This document shows positions 26,100-38,550 of a stretch of 64,000 nt of DNA, one piece after another (positions within the stretch are counted from its first letter, which is position 1; every line of letters starts with the position of its first letter). Source of the stretch: Octopus bimaculoides. Taxonomy: Eukaryota. The DNA lies in the NCBI RefSeq assembly GCF_001194135.2, contig NC_068982.1:107155557-107219556 (forward strand). Direction: 5' to 3'. Under the pieces are notes generated by a model. It was not told the origin of the DNA and made no database searches. It saw only the letters and a list, made by a program, of their open reading frames with translations. Both the position numbers and the translations under genes were made by a program.

Positions 26100-26278
26100 G
26101 TATTCTTTTTCTTTTTACTTGTTTCAGTCATTTGACTGCGACCATGCTGGAGCACAGCTTTAAAGGGTTTTTTAGTTGAAGAAATCTACCCCAGGATTTA
26201 TTCTTTGTAAGCCTAGTACTTGTTCTATCGTTCTCTTTTACCGAATCGCTAAGTTACGGGGACGTAAACACACCAATA
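26100..26278 (-). mobile_element. SINE family B, 3' half, adjacent to (CA)n 25935-26062
   Basis: TTTTACTTGTTTCAGTCATTTGACTGCGACCATGCTGGAGCAC. Confidence 0.85.
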
Positions 26279-27260
26279 TATATGACTAACTATATAAATG
26301 ACTAACTACATGGTTGCTAATAACAAATTACAAATTTTTATTTAGCCTGTCGGCTAAATGCAGCATCCATGATTTTTCAATCACTTTTAACTAAATCATT
26401 AACGACCGATCGTTTCCTCGCATGTAGTGCCAGTCGATATTTGCTACTGACGAAGATCAAAGAAGCAGAATTATATTTTAGTAATGCCGGACGATTTTCA
26501 TCTGCTGCTGACATATTTCTCTATATGATAACGCTATACGTTCTTAAGAGACATGCTTTCTCGATGCAAGTACTAGTTTTGTAGGTTTTCAATAATACAT
26601 TTGTATTAAGTTTGATACACAGACTGCTTTTGTCCAATGTGTTATTTCTTTTTTAAAGATGGTAGCTAGTGTATGAGGATATGAGGGAAATTTGGTTGTT
26701 ATTTCTGATAAGTCGACCGACTGCATTGAGGTTTCTCTGTTCTCTAGTAATATGGTTCGTTCTTATGCTTTGTAAACGGTCTACAACGAATTAGAGTATT
26801 TTTTAGCGTCGCAAAGGAAAACTAGCATTCAAGGCATTTCCTTTCTTTGTAGTCTTATGAAGATCATAAACGTCACAAGATTCCTATTATTTTAGAACTG
26901 AATACATTGCGACTCCATACGAATCAATATTTAGATAGGAAATTCTTAAACCACACAATCTACCACCCACTTTCAATATCCTGCTAAAGTTTCTTTGCGC
27001 TGCTGACGTCGTAGAGAAATGCAAAAATACAACCAGTTCCTACTTCCGGTTTCCTATATCTTTGTAAGAAAGAGCATTATATTACACATATACTTAAAAG
27101 CAGAGTATGCCGAGGAAACACACTCCCTTCATGTCAAACATTTTCCAAACAAATGAATAGAAATAAGTGAAAAAAGGAACAGTCTGTTCTAACATACAGC
27201 TGTGTGGTTTTGGGTCAAGAAGTCAATGAATAATATAGTGATAACGTCACCCACACCCAG

Positions 27261-27318
<58 letters not shown>

Positions 27319-27342
27319 CGTCTGTCTGTCTGTGTTTGTGCG

Positions 27343-27389
<47 letters not shown>

Positions 27390-27436
27390 GTCTATCTGTC
27401 TGTCTGTCTGTCTGTCTGTCTGTATGTGTTTGTGCG

Positions 27437-27506
<70 letters not shown>

Positions 27507-27507
27507 A
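27261..27507. repeat. (TATC)n/(TGTC)n compound microsatellite 5' of the Tx1 element
   Basis: Direct reading. Confidence 0.95.
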
Positions 27508-27509
27508 AA

Positions 27510-30500
27510 CTATCTAAACAAAACTTAATGAAACGGCCACTTAAGAAACAGTAGAAAAATGTTTAAGGCCCATAGTTAAGAAATTAGAAGAGGTACTTAG
27601 AACTGGCATCGCATCCAACGTACTGGCGGCAAGGTTGGCTCTCGACCAACACTTCAACGCCAAACACGAAGGATGCGTTGTCAAAGCTAGGATGCGTGCT
27701 CTGAGGAACGAAGGAGTTGGAGCCGCCCAAGAGGCCCGAGTGGCAGAGGCGCAACGAGGCAACAAAGCCACTTTTAGGTCTCTGACAGATGAGCAGGGGC
27801 GCGAACTACTCGAGCCTGAAAGGATGCGTGAGGCCTTTCAACAACAATTTGCCCGACTGTTCGGGACAACTGGTGGGTCAGAACGCAGAGTGGACTTTAG
27901 TGCCTACCTGCATAGCCTGCCACGACTCTCAGCAAGAGAGGCGGAGTGTTGTGAAAGACCCATTACAGCCGCGGACGTACGGGATGCGATGGCTGGCTGC
28001 GCGGGAGACAAGTCACCAGGCGTGGCTGGTCTGCCCTACGGACTTTATTGTCACATGCCAGATTTGTTTGGAGGCGCCTTGGCAGCTGTCTACTGCAACT
28101 GGCAGCAAACAGGAGTAACCCCGTTTCTGTAAAGCGAGGAGCGGTGGCACTGCTAAAGAAAGATCCAAACAAGGGGAACGTCATAGATAACTTCAGGTTC
28201 ATCAATCTGCTCAATGCAGATTTGAAGATTTTGGCTAATGTGTTAGCCGAGAGGTTGGCGCTTGTCATCGAGAAACTGGTCAACAAGGTGCAAATGTGCG
28301 CCGTGTATGGTAGGCGTATCCATGACAACTTCCATCTGATGCGCTACATCATAGACAGGGTAGTTAAGGAATCTGGCATGGGTGGGGCGCTGATCAATTT
28401 GGATCAATCAAAAGCTTTTGATAGAGTAGACCATCACTACTTGGAGGCTGTCCTTAGAGCGGCTGGTTTCGGTTCCGTCTTCTGCGGTTGGATCGCTGCT
28501 CTATACAGCGGCATCTGCTCGGTAGTTCGCGTAAATGGTCATCTGTCCAGACCATTTAACATCACGCATTCGGTTCGTCAAGGATGCCCCNNNNNNNNNN
28601 NNNNNNNNNNNNNNNNNNNNNNNNNNNNNNNNNNNNNNNNNNNNNNNNNNNNNNNNNNNNNNNNNNNNNNNNNNNNNNNNNNNNNNNNNNNNNNNNNNNN
28701 NNNNNNNNNNNNNNNNNNNNNNNNNNNNNNNNNNNNNNNNNNNNNNNNNNNNNNNNNNNNNNNNNNNNNNNNNNNNNNNNNNNNNNNNNNNNNNNNNNNN
28801 NNNNNNNNNNNNNNNNNNNNNNNNNNNNNNNNNNNNNNNNNNNNNNNNNNNNNNNNNNNNNNNNNNNNNNNNNNNNNNNNNNNNNNNNNNNNNNNNNNNN
28901 NNNNNNNNNNNNNNNNNNNNNNNNNNNNNNNNNNNNNNNNNNNNNNNNNNNNNNNNNNNNNNNNNNNNNNNNNNNNNNNNNNAAAAAATTAACCGGGAAA
29001 AGTCAGTGGGCTTACGGCTCGGCACCTGGAGAAGCAAGCCCATGTCGTCGAACAGCGTCTCCATCGTGGGACGCTGGATCGACGGACCGGTTAAATTGCC
29101 CGGAGTTTGGTTCGGCCCGGACCTCCAATTGGAGAAGAACTGGGACGAGATAACGAGTAGGGTGGCCACTCTCACCCAGCAATGGGCCCAGAGGAAGCTA
29201 TCCCTAAAAGGTCGGGTGGAGGTGGCGAACGCGTACATCACATCCGTCATCGATTACCATCTGAACGTCGTGCCTTGTCCCGACTCTACCATCACCAAAC
29301 TGGAACGCATACTCTTCCGCTTTTTGTGGAAGGGAAGCGTTCCTATGGTTAGGCGATCCATTTGCTGTCAACACACGCTAAATGGAGGGCTGGGCATGTG
29401 GTTGATGATGTGCAGACATGCGCTGAGACTGCGACATCTCTGCTGCTTCATAGACGACGGTGAACAGGTGTGGTCGCCGTTTGTGCGGCGCGTTTTCCCG
29501 CAGCTCATCTCTTTGGCTGAACTGCAGTCGTGGATCAAACAGAGACCGAGACTAGGCGAATTGCACCGCGAGTGCCACCTTGCTCTAAAGCATTTCTGCC
29601 GTCCGGGACCAAACTTGTGTAACTTCAGTTCCACAAAGGCGTTTTATAGAGGATTAGTGGAGGAGAGAGGTGCGACGACGTTCTTGGGCAGAATATGGGC
29701 GTCGACGGGGAACATCTGACCCACCTGTTCAGGACAACTTTCGGGACCTATGGACAATCACCAGAGATCCCTAGTCTGGCAGTGCTATCGAGAAGCATTG
29801 CCCGTTCGGGATAAGCTCTACAGGCACTGTTCGAGACACATCGGACCAACTTGCTCGAGATGAAGTCAGAGCGACGAAACCGTTCTGCACGCACTCGTGC
29901 AGTGTCCAACCATTTCTGACCTGTGGGCTTATGCCGAACGGCTGCTGTCACGTGTGGGACGAATTCGGTTGTTGACCAAGTCTATCGTGAAAATTGCTCC
30001 GCCACCTGTCCTTAACCGGGAAGGCAAGGCAGTCTTTATCGTACTAGTGGCCACGGTGAAAGAATGCGTGTGGTAGGCTCGAGCGAAAGGTTTAGAGACA
30101 AACACTTTCCTCTCTGGTGGTCAATCGCTCATCAACTTTTTCAAGTACCACTTGAAAAGGAAGGTGAGAATAGAGAGGCCAGTTTTGTCTCGTGAAAGTT
30201 TACATAAAAAGGTGGGTAAATGTAACAAAGAAGGNNNNNNNNNNNNNNNNNNNNNNNNNNNNNNNNNNNNNNNNNNNNNNNNNNNNNNNNNNNNNNNNNN
30301 NNNNNNNNNNNNNNNNNNNNNNNNNNNNNNNNNNNNNNNNNNNNNNNNNNNNNNNNNNNNNNNNNNNNNNNNNNNNNNNNNNNNNNNNNNNNNNNNNNNN
30401 NNNNNNNNNNNNNNNNNNNNNNNNNNNNNNNNNNNNNNNNNNNNNNNNNNNNNNNNNNNNNNNNNNNNNNNNNNNNNNNNNNNNNNNNNNNNNNNNNNNN

Positions 30501-30625
30501 NNNNNNNNNNNNNNNNNNNNNNNNNNNNNNNNNNNNNNNNNNNNNNNNNNNNNNNNNNNNNNNNNNNNNNNNNNNNNNNNNNNNNNNNNNNNNNNNNNNT
30601 GTGTGGCTAATAAAGAAACTTATCT
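27510..30625 (+). mobile_element. Tx1-clade (L1 group) LINE, 5'-truncated and frameshifted: RT plus C-terminal CCHC
   Basis: KSPGVAGLPYGLY; NFRFINLLNADLKILANVLAERL; LINLDQSKAFDRVDHHYL; SVRQGCP; WAQRKLSLKGRVEVAN; CSR*SQSDETVLHALVQCP; AATAAA at 30609-30614 followed by a TATC tail. Two gaps inside. Confidence 0.9.
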
Positions 30626-30657
30626 GTCTATCTATCCGTCTGTCTGTGCTCGTGCGC

Positions 30658-30724
<67 letters not shown>

Positions 30725-30772
30725 CCTACCTATCTATCTATCTATCTATCTATCTCTATCTATCTATCTATG
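30622..30772. repeat. (TATC)n tail/target 3' of the Tx1 element
   Basis: Direct reading. Confidence 0.95.
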
Positions 30773-30959
30773 CATGCGTGTACGTCTATTATGCTTACTC
30801 TGATTGTATGTGTGTGCGCGCCCGCACTTACACATTCCATCCTGTGTATCGACAGTTTATCTGGCTTAGTTTATCCGTCGTCAAATTTCTCAGATGGTGT
30901 CCACAAGGACACGAGACAAATTTAATAAACAGGGGTTTTCTACTAGCAATGGAAACCAG

Positions 30960-31130
30960 TTAGCTGACTCAGCTTGCAGAGAGTCTGCAACCTAACACTA
31001 CACAACGGCTACTACTGTCTTGGATAGATATTCCGATAAATCCCTGTATTTTCCCACGTACCTCTACACTGAGGTTACTGTCACCCTTTTCTGTGATAAG
31101 CCTAAAGGGGTGGAGATACGTCACATGGCA
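30960..31130 (+). mobile_element. Possible decayed Penelope terminal-repeat region
   Basis: Shares GCAACCTAA, AC(G/A)TACCTC, CTGA..GTCA(C/T)CC and the identical 11-mer TGTGATAAGCC with the minus strand of 63410-63630. Confidence 0.35.
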
Positions 31131-31722
31131 TATAATAGGGCATAAGCGCCCCCCCTAGAAGTCTTGTAATGACTTTTCTGTTATATCTCTTCAGATCACC
31201 TCATTGGAATGTCACCTCTCCTGTCGTTCAGTAGAGTCATGTGTTATTCTATTATTTATATTGTAATTGTTGTTGTTGAAGTAGAAATGGAGGGAATAGG
31301 GGCGATGATGAGTGATGCTGCCTTTGTTTGCTCTTGTGCTGTTTCCATTTTTTTGTTGTTGCTGTTGTTCTCTTCTAATTGTTATTTTCTTGCTATTTTA
31401 AAATAACAAGAAAAATTGTTCATTTTGTTCTCTGTCATTCACTACACTTTTCATTATTGTTACCATTATATTCGATTCAGCAGCTACTGTCATTGTTTCT
31501 TTGTTCAGGCTGTTTCATACCCACTCATACCAAGGTCAGCTTTGCTTCGCATCCTCTCGGGGCGGAGTCCTTAAAATAAAGGCGCAGGAGTCGATTTTAA
31601 TCAAGTAAACTCCCCTCCTTAGTTTCTGGCCCTGTCCCAAAATTTGAAACCGTCATCATCATCATCATAATCATCATCATCATCATCATCATCATCCTCC
31701 TCCTCATCATCATCAGCAACAG

Positions 31723-31915
31723 CAGCGAGCTTGCAGAATTGTCAGGACACCGGGCAAAATGCTTAACGGTATTTCGTCTGCCGCTACGTTCTGAGTTCAA
31801 ATTCTGCCGAGGTCGACTTTGCCTTTCATCCATTCGGAGTTGATAAATTAAGTACCAGTGAAACACTGGGGTAGATGTAATCGACTAAATTTCAGGCCTT
31901 GTGCCTTTAGTAGAT
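31723..31915 (+). mobile_element. SINE family A, following an (ATC)n tract
   Basis: Family A head, B-box and central block. Confidence 0.85.
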
Positions 31916-31929
31916 AGGATTATTATTAT

Positions 31930-32460
31930 AATTGAGTGAGAGAGCAATACATGCAATCAAATTGGCACTGGGGTACAAATATACGAAACCCAGTATACTC
32001 ATCATTACTACCCGTCAGTTGTTTGACCTTAAACAGTAGAGCAAGTCTTTTAGTGGCTGACGATATGCGCATTTCTGATCACGAGCAGAAGTAGTGGGAG
32101 AGCATCATAGTCATGTGTTGAGGGGAATTCTTTGGAGTTTGGATGATTCACCTCTGGAAACATGGGTGTTCATTCAACATCCTTAAACAACCTTTATTCA
32201 GGGACCTTTTGAGCGGGATGGGCTACTCAACATGAAGAAACTTCTAACTGGGCCACACCTGCAAGGTCGTGCGCTGATTATCTTGATACGAGATCACCAT
32301 GTCGCCCACATATGGTTGTGGTGCATGTACCTGGTGTACCCTTATCAGACGGGTAGTCATAATGGGTATACTGAGCTTCGTATATTTTACCCCAGTGTCA
32401 ATGTGATGGTATGTACTGGTCTCTCACTTAATAATAATAATAATAATAATAATAATTATT
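31930..32460 (+). mobile_element. (AAT)n-tailed retroposon family D: a sense copy (32016-32460) preceded by an inverted 85-bp copy of its own 3' end
   Basis: 31931-32015 is the reverse complement of ~32347-32432; the whole unit matches 41171-41508 on the opposite strand; AAT tails point outward at both ends. Confidence 0.7.
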
Positions 32461-32479
32461 ATTATTATTATTATTGCTT

Positions 32480-32687
32480 CAAATTTTTACCACAAGGGCA
32501 ACTTGATGGAGGTGATTAAGTCGATTACATCTACCCCAGTTCGTAACTGGTACTTATTTAATCAACCCCAAAAGGATCAAAGCTAATGTCAAACCTCGGC
32601 GGAATTTGAACTCAGAACATAGCAACGGGTGAAGTACCGCTAAGCATTTCGCCCGGCGCACTAGCGATTCTGCCAGTTCGCCGCCTT
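32480..32687 (-). mobile_element. SINE family A, next to (AAC)n(AAT)n
   Basis: Family A sequence on the minus strand. Confidence 0.85.
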
Positions 32688-32693
32688 AATAGC

Positions 32694-32750
<57 letters not shown>

Positions 32751-32774
32751 AATAATAATAATAATAATAATAAT

Positions 32775-33365
32775 GATCTCTTCTGTATTTGCCATGAAGT
32801 CGAGAGATGCGGAAACACTGCGAGAACAAATTGCAAAAATGGCACGAGAGTTTAGTGTCGAGAAGTTGATATCACAAGCAGGCTGGATTCGAATATGAGG
32901 AAATCTATTGTGATGATCATGCTGTCGCATACTTCTTTTGACCGGGAAATGCGGGCAGTTTTCCTCTGTTTGGTGATTATGACAAAAAAGACCGTATGGG
33001 GGACAAGGCTAAAAGAAACTGAGGACTGACGCTTTTCTTCTTTTGTCAAGGCCTTATCAACTTCAAGTTCCACGCAAATAATGAGCAGCTGTTATTCAGT
33101 AAATATACTGAAGAGGAAGAGTGGTGCTGATTGGAGAGAATAGTTCGGATTAATAGGTTCACACTCAGCATGTGCCGCTAGGTTAGGGAAAGGTAGTTAG
33201 AGTAATCCTTGGATATATGGGGTTCATTTATTGACCCTAAATATATGTATATATTTTAAAATGTTCTCTTGTTCGATTCAATATCTCCTCTTAGCAATTG
33301 TTTAAAATCTGTTCTTGCAATCTTCCCTTGTCTGTCATCCTTGAGTCAAATGAAGAAACGATCGT
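32775..33365 (+). mobile_element. Decayed Tx1-clade LINE 3' end
   Basis: EKLISQAGWIRI / KSIVMI / FDREMRAVFLCLVIMTKKTVWGTRLK aligns with ERLLSRVGRIRL / KSIVKI / LNREGKAVFIVLVATVKECVW*ARAK of the 30 kb Tx1; ends AATGAAGAAAC then ATC-type repeats. Confidence 0.6.
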
Positions 33366-33405
33366 GATCATCAACATCATCATCATTATTGTCACCACCA
33401 CCACC

Positions 33406-33437
<32 letters not shown>

Positions 33438-33680
33438 CACCACCACCACCACTACCACTACCACTACCACTGACGCTGCCATCACCAGTACCATCGCCAC
33501 CACCACAAGCGCCACACATTGCCATGACTACCACCACTACAACCATTACGACGATGACGACGACGACCACCACCACCACCACCATCACCACAGCCATCGT
33601 CACAGCCACCATCACTGATACTGATGTCTACGCCGTCACCGCCACCACCGTCGTCTTCATCATTACCATTGTTGCTAAAA
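33360..33680. repeat. Compound trinucleotide block (ATC/ACC/AAC/ACT/GAC)
   Basis: Direct reading; source of homopolymer ORFs at 33291-33691. Confidence 0.9.
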
Positions 33681-33996
33681 AAAGACATTGATTGTAAAAC
33701 AAAATCGAAAAAATAAAAACACTATATCAACTTCACTCTTTCTTATTACTGACGACGACTAAAAGCAAATATCTCATTACTCACAAAAAAATTTAAAAAC
33801 CAAAGAATGAAAGAAAAATATCCTTCCCTGATACTAGTTATCAGAAGAAAAGAACTTCGGCAAACAACTGGGGGTTTGAAATATCCGTTCTATAGGTTAG
33901 CAGCTGCATCCCCATCGGCATATGTGTGTGTTCATATGGATTTATTAAAAGAAATTTTCATGTAAACTGAATGTACTAAATGAAATCTTCGTGCAT

Positions 33997-35225
33997 GTAT
34001 GTATGTATGTATGTATGTATGTATGTCATTATTCAGTTTATTTCAAGATTTTTTGCCAATAGAGAAAGAACCGGTTTCTAACCAAGATCCAAGGTTCCTT
34101 CATTGGAATTTCAACATCAACAACAGTATTTTTGTTTGTATGTATGTATGTATGTATGTATGTACGTGCAGATTTGTTTGTTTTATGTATGTATTCTCAT
34201 GCATATAGTTGCATATCTAGACATGCTCATATATATTTAAATGATAAACTTCTGGAAAGTTTTACAGATTTTTACAGTTCCAGTGATGGATTGGACCTGT
34301 AGTCTTCTAATTAGCTTTCTCCTTTCTGGTTTTGAGAAGCCTAATTTCTCAAGATTGGTATTTAGGCAGTGTGTTACACATCCCAGTGCCCCAATAATTA
34401 CAGGTATAAACCTGAACTAGTAATCTGGATAGAGTAACTGCAGATTTATGCAGTTCAGCATAGATGTTCTCTTTTTCACTGATCTTCAGCTTTATGTTAA
34501 CATCTGCTGGGCAGCTAATTTCCACAACTGTGCACAGTTTCTCTTCTCTATCCCAAATCATTATATCAGGTCTGTTGTGATTAGATTTTACTGAGGTCTT
34601 CACTGGTACATTCCACCAATATTTCTTTTTCATTATGAGTGGCTATGGCTTCTACCATATTGTGGGCCTTATTTCTTTGTCCTCGGGATTATCCTTTCAT
34701 GAGATTTCATTATAGAGTGTCCTGTCCTAGCTACAACGTCATGTCTCATCGCTAGATAATACCGTGATGACATTTTCGGACAACTGCTTATGATATGGGT
34801 GATGTCTTCAGTGTGAACTCCACAAAGTCTGCATCGGTTGTCACATTTTTCTGTTTTTCTTGCATCTCTATCCGTTTTGTCCATCAGGTACTTGGTTGAT
34901 ATTTCCTGTTCCCGGATTGCAAACGCATACCCTTCAAAGTGAAAGGCAGTAATCTGGCTATTCGTCCATGATAGACTGCTTTGATGATCGATGTTACTAT
35001 CATCACGGAGCTTTCTACTAACATATCCATGCATAGTCTTCTGCTCATACAGGCTTATTCTTTCATCTGCTGATACGTTGCAGTAGAGTCGCGCAACTTC
35101 TTTGGGCATGTATTCTAGGTTTTCAGATAAAGAGTGTTGCTCAAGGAGCTGCCTTCCAAGTCTTATGATGTTATCAGCCTCACGTATGCAAACTTGGTCA
35201 AGGGATGCACTTCGACGCTTGGTAG
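33997..35225 (-). mobile_element. R4/Dong-clade LINE 3' portion with (ACAT)n tail
   Basis: KTMHGYVSRKL; FHFEGYAFAIREQEISTKYL; CRLCGVHTEDITHIISSCPKMSSRYYLAMRHDVVA; YWWNVPVKTSVKSNHNRPDIMIWDREEKLCTVVEISCPADVNI (PD..D/E RLE motif); ends in a 110-bp 3' terminus plus CATA repeats. Confidence 0.9.
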
Positions 35226-35227
35226 TT

Positions 35228-35402
35228 AATGTATGTATGTATGTATGTCATTATTCAGTTTTATTTCAAGATTTCTTGTCAATAGAGAAAGAGTCGGTTT
35301 CTAACCTAGATCCAAGGCTCTTTCATTGGAATTTCAATATCAACAGGGTGTGAATGAATGTATGTATGTATGTATGTATGTATGTATGTATGTATGTATG
35401 TG
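35228..35402 (-). mobile_element. Short 3'-terminal copy of the same R4/Dong family between ACAT tracts
   Basis: 35246-35345 is a direct repeat of 34026-34122 with few substitutions. Confidence 0.85.
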
Positions 35403-36397
35403 TTTGCACAGCATAAAATGCTAGGTTATTTTGTACAATCTAACACCATATTTTCCTTATTATGGTTAGTTTCGACGCAAAACAGCATAACGGGATCAGA
35501 TTTACTAAGAGTGAAAATGAAACTGTGGATGTGAAGTGAATGGTATGTAACATTCTGTGGTTTATGCCGCTCCACTGCCCTCAATAAATTATTCCTTAGA
35601 TCGGTACAATGATACTCTCGTAAAATTTATAGCTGGTTTAATTGACTTCAGTACATTGGTAATGATTATTTTATTATCCCTAACTGGGTTTGAACTGAGA
35701 ACACACACACACTCACACACATATAAAAAAAAAATTTTTTAAAACAGATCTGAATACATGTCAAATGGTAGACTGGAGGTGTTGATCTAATGGGCATCCT
35801 TCGACTTTTTCTATCTGAAGTCTTTTTAACCTAATGTTTATACGCTATTATTTGCAGCTTTATTTGCTTCGAAATTTCACCGATCCTAAAAGCTAAATGT
35901 TTCTTTTTATGACTTACTCAGAGAGAAAAAAGCAGCGGTCTTATCCTTTATTTGCAAGACTTACGATACTAGTCGACAGAAAGGGAGGACATGGGTTATC
36001 TTCTGACTGTAGTTCTTGTCTGAGTGCTCGCAAAAGCATATAAGAGCCCAGTGGTAGTGTTAAACTGAGCTACAGATTATGTCTACCATCCGAAATAAAT
36101 CTAAAACATAACACAAAATCTGCCACCTAAACTTTAATTTTATATGAAGATTTTCACATCGAGTATTATCTCCGGCAAATTTAGTCATTCCCGGTATTTC
36201 TATTTATAACAATTAAGTGGTCATGAGTATTGTTCTACAAGTGTCACATGGAAGGTTGCTACAATACTTCAGCAATTACATAGAAATGCTCATTTTAAGG
36301 ATTAAGTATTAAAAACTTGTAAGTTATTGTTGTTGGAGGTGACACAGATTATTTTACATTTTCTACTTTGCTCATTTTATTATTTGTAGCGGTTTCA

Positions 36398-36615
36398 AGG
36401 CGGCGAGGTAGCAGATTCGTTAGCACACCGGGCAAAATGCTTAGCGGCATTTCGTCCGTCATTACGTTTTGAGTTCAAATTCCGCCGAAGTCGACTTTGC
36501 CTTTCATCCTGTCGAGGTCGATGAAATAAGTACCAGTTACGCACTGGGTCGATGTAATCGACTAGTCCCCTGCCTCCAAATTTCAGGCCTTGTGCTTTCA
36601 GTAGAAACGATTATC
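36398..36615 (+). mobile_element. SINE family A with perfect 13-bp TSD
   Basis: TGTAGCGGTTTCA at 36385-36397 and 36616-36628. Confidence 0.92.
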
Positions 36616-37071
36616 TGTAGCGGTTTCATTTTAATTATTTATTGTCAGGGGCTACACACGGTGACTAATTCCTGACATAAGTACACAACCTTACATTTTT
36701 GGGAAGCAATATATTGGATTGAGTCAAATTCATTATTTCAATAGTACATATATAGTCGACAGCGGAATGGAGATAAGGAAAAGATGAGCTCAACGGGTTT
36801 GAACTTGGGATGTAAAGAAACATAATCAATTAACAATTTGTTCACTGCTCTACCAATTTTTGCATTTATAGTATTTATGACCGCACACAGTAATTAGATC
36901 TTATATTATCTGATTTTAATTAACAAAACATCATGCCCCCCCCCCCCCAAGAGAAAATTTGTTACTTTTATTCGATTTTACTGTCCAAAGTCACGCAAAC
37001 CTGATATTAGTGGTGGCTTTCATCACAGCTAGATGAAAAAAAGTAATTAAGTAATTTAATTAAAGCCTCCA

Positions 37072-37220
37072 TAGTATTGGTTTAAAATTGTGGCACATGG
37101 TCTGCAATTTTGGGGGAGAGGTTAGTCGATTACATCGAGCCCAGTGCTCAAGTGGTACTTATTTTATCGATCTCGAAAGGATAAAAGGCAAAGTCGACCT
37201 CGGCGGAATTTGAACTCATA
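37072..37220 (-). mobile_element. SINE family A, 5'-truncated
   Basis: TTGTGGCACATGGTC..GTCGACCTCGGCGGAATTTGAACTC. Confidence 0.8.
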
Positions 37221-38338
37221 AAAATACTTGTATAGTATTAAACAGTATAAAGTGATGAATTGCAAAAACAGTCGTGAATTTGAATAAAACGCAGAATAGA
37301 ATCAATGATTGCTCTGGGTTCTGAGTTCAATCACTTGTAGGTCGGTATAACCTTTCGTTATCTCGAAATTTATTCAGACAATTCGTCTACATAAATTAGT
37401 TTTAATAGATAATATTCAAGCCTAACAAATTTGTCGCTTTAGGCCATTTTCTAGAAATCTTTATGAAAATAAGTTCGAATGATTTCGCACACTTGTGTCT
37501 CTGAAACTGTACGCTTTCAATTATTTCTGTGTACATTCTCTCTCCTCCCCCTCCCTCTCTCTCTCGCTCTCTCTTTCTCTCTAAATTCTATTCCAGATTA
37601 CAAATATTTCAATTTGTAACATGCAACCTGTAGAATCAATTACTTAAAAAAATGAAGAAAACTATAAAGCTTATACTTCCAAGTTTTATTAGTTTTATTC
37701 TTTTTTAAATCCGTTCTTTTTCCTCTTTACATGGAAAATTTCCATCACAAATGTAAAGAAATCTATTTACTAACATCAGTAAAGATGTACGAAACTGTTT
37801 CCAAATAGTTGTATTGTCGGTCATTCAAGTTAGCGTTAATAAAATAAATTCTATGTTATTAAATTCTCTAATGGAAAATAAGAAATCATATTAATAAAAT
37901 GTAGTGTAATAGGCGGGTCAGCTTTGCCAAGCTTATTACTCTGAATGAGTCAGGTTGACCTAAGCCCAGAAATCGTAGAAAACTGAGTCACAGACGCCTC
38001 TAGCCGGGAGCTTACCACCAAGCTTATTGCACTCTCATAGATCAAATTTACGGATCTATTAAATCGATAGTTATTGATTTTAAGCATAAACATACATGCT
38101 CAGGCATACAGAGGAAGGTTTTCTGCATTTTACTTATCTATTTATATTAATGCAAGTAAAGGAGAAGTCTAGAACCGGAAATTCGGTCCAGGTGGCAAAC
38201 TTGGCTGACTAGAAACCTTTCTCTTTTCCTCAATACTGACTTTTGCAATTGTTGTTAATTTTAATCGTATTAGTAATTAAAGATAATCCTTAATTACACG
38301 TACACACATGCTGATACATATATATTCATATATGTATG

Positions 38339-38401
<63 letters not shown>

Positions 38402-38550
38402 GTTATGAGAGATACTGGTGTCAATAAGACACAAAGGTGTCAGATAATGCTGAGTAAGTGCTATGAACTCCAGTTAAGCTCCAGGTTCGGTGATTATGCG
38501 AATGAGGAGTCCAACGTAGGTCATATATCAGCATGCGTATATATAAAAAA

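Noticed and set aside
26369-26584. ORF with EAELYFSNAGRFSSAADIF, faintly SNAP/TPR-like
   Set aside because: Only a short pattern resemblance, with no convincing splice sites or partner exons.
27004-27051. Promoter (TGACGTC plus ETS ACTTCCGGTT)
   Set aside because: Two short motifs with no adjacent exon evidence; expected by chance in 64 kb.
31930-32440. DNA transposon with 85-bp TIRs
   Set aside because: The arm is the AAT-tailed 3' end of retroposon D, which occurs without an inverted partner at 41.15-41.5 kb.
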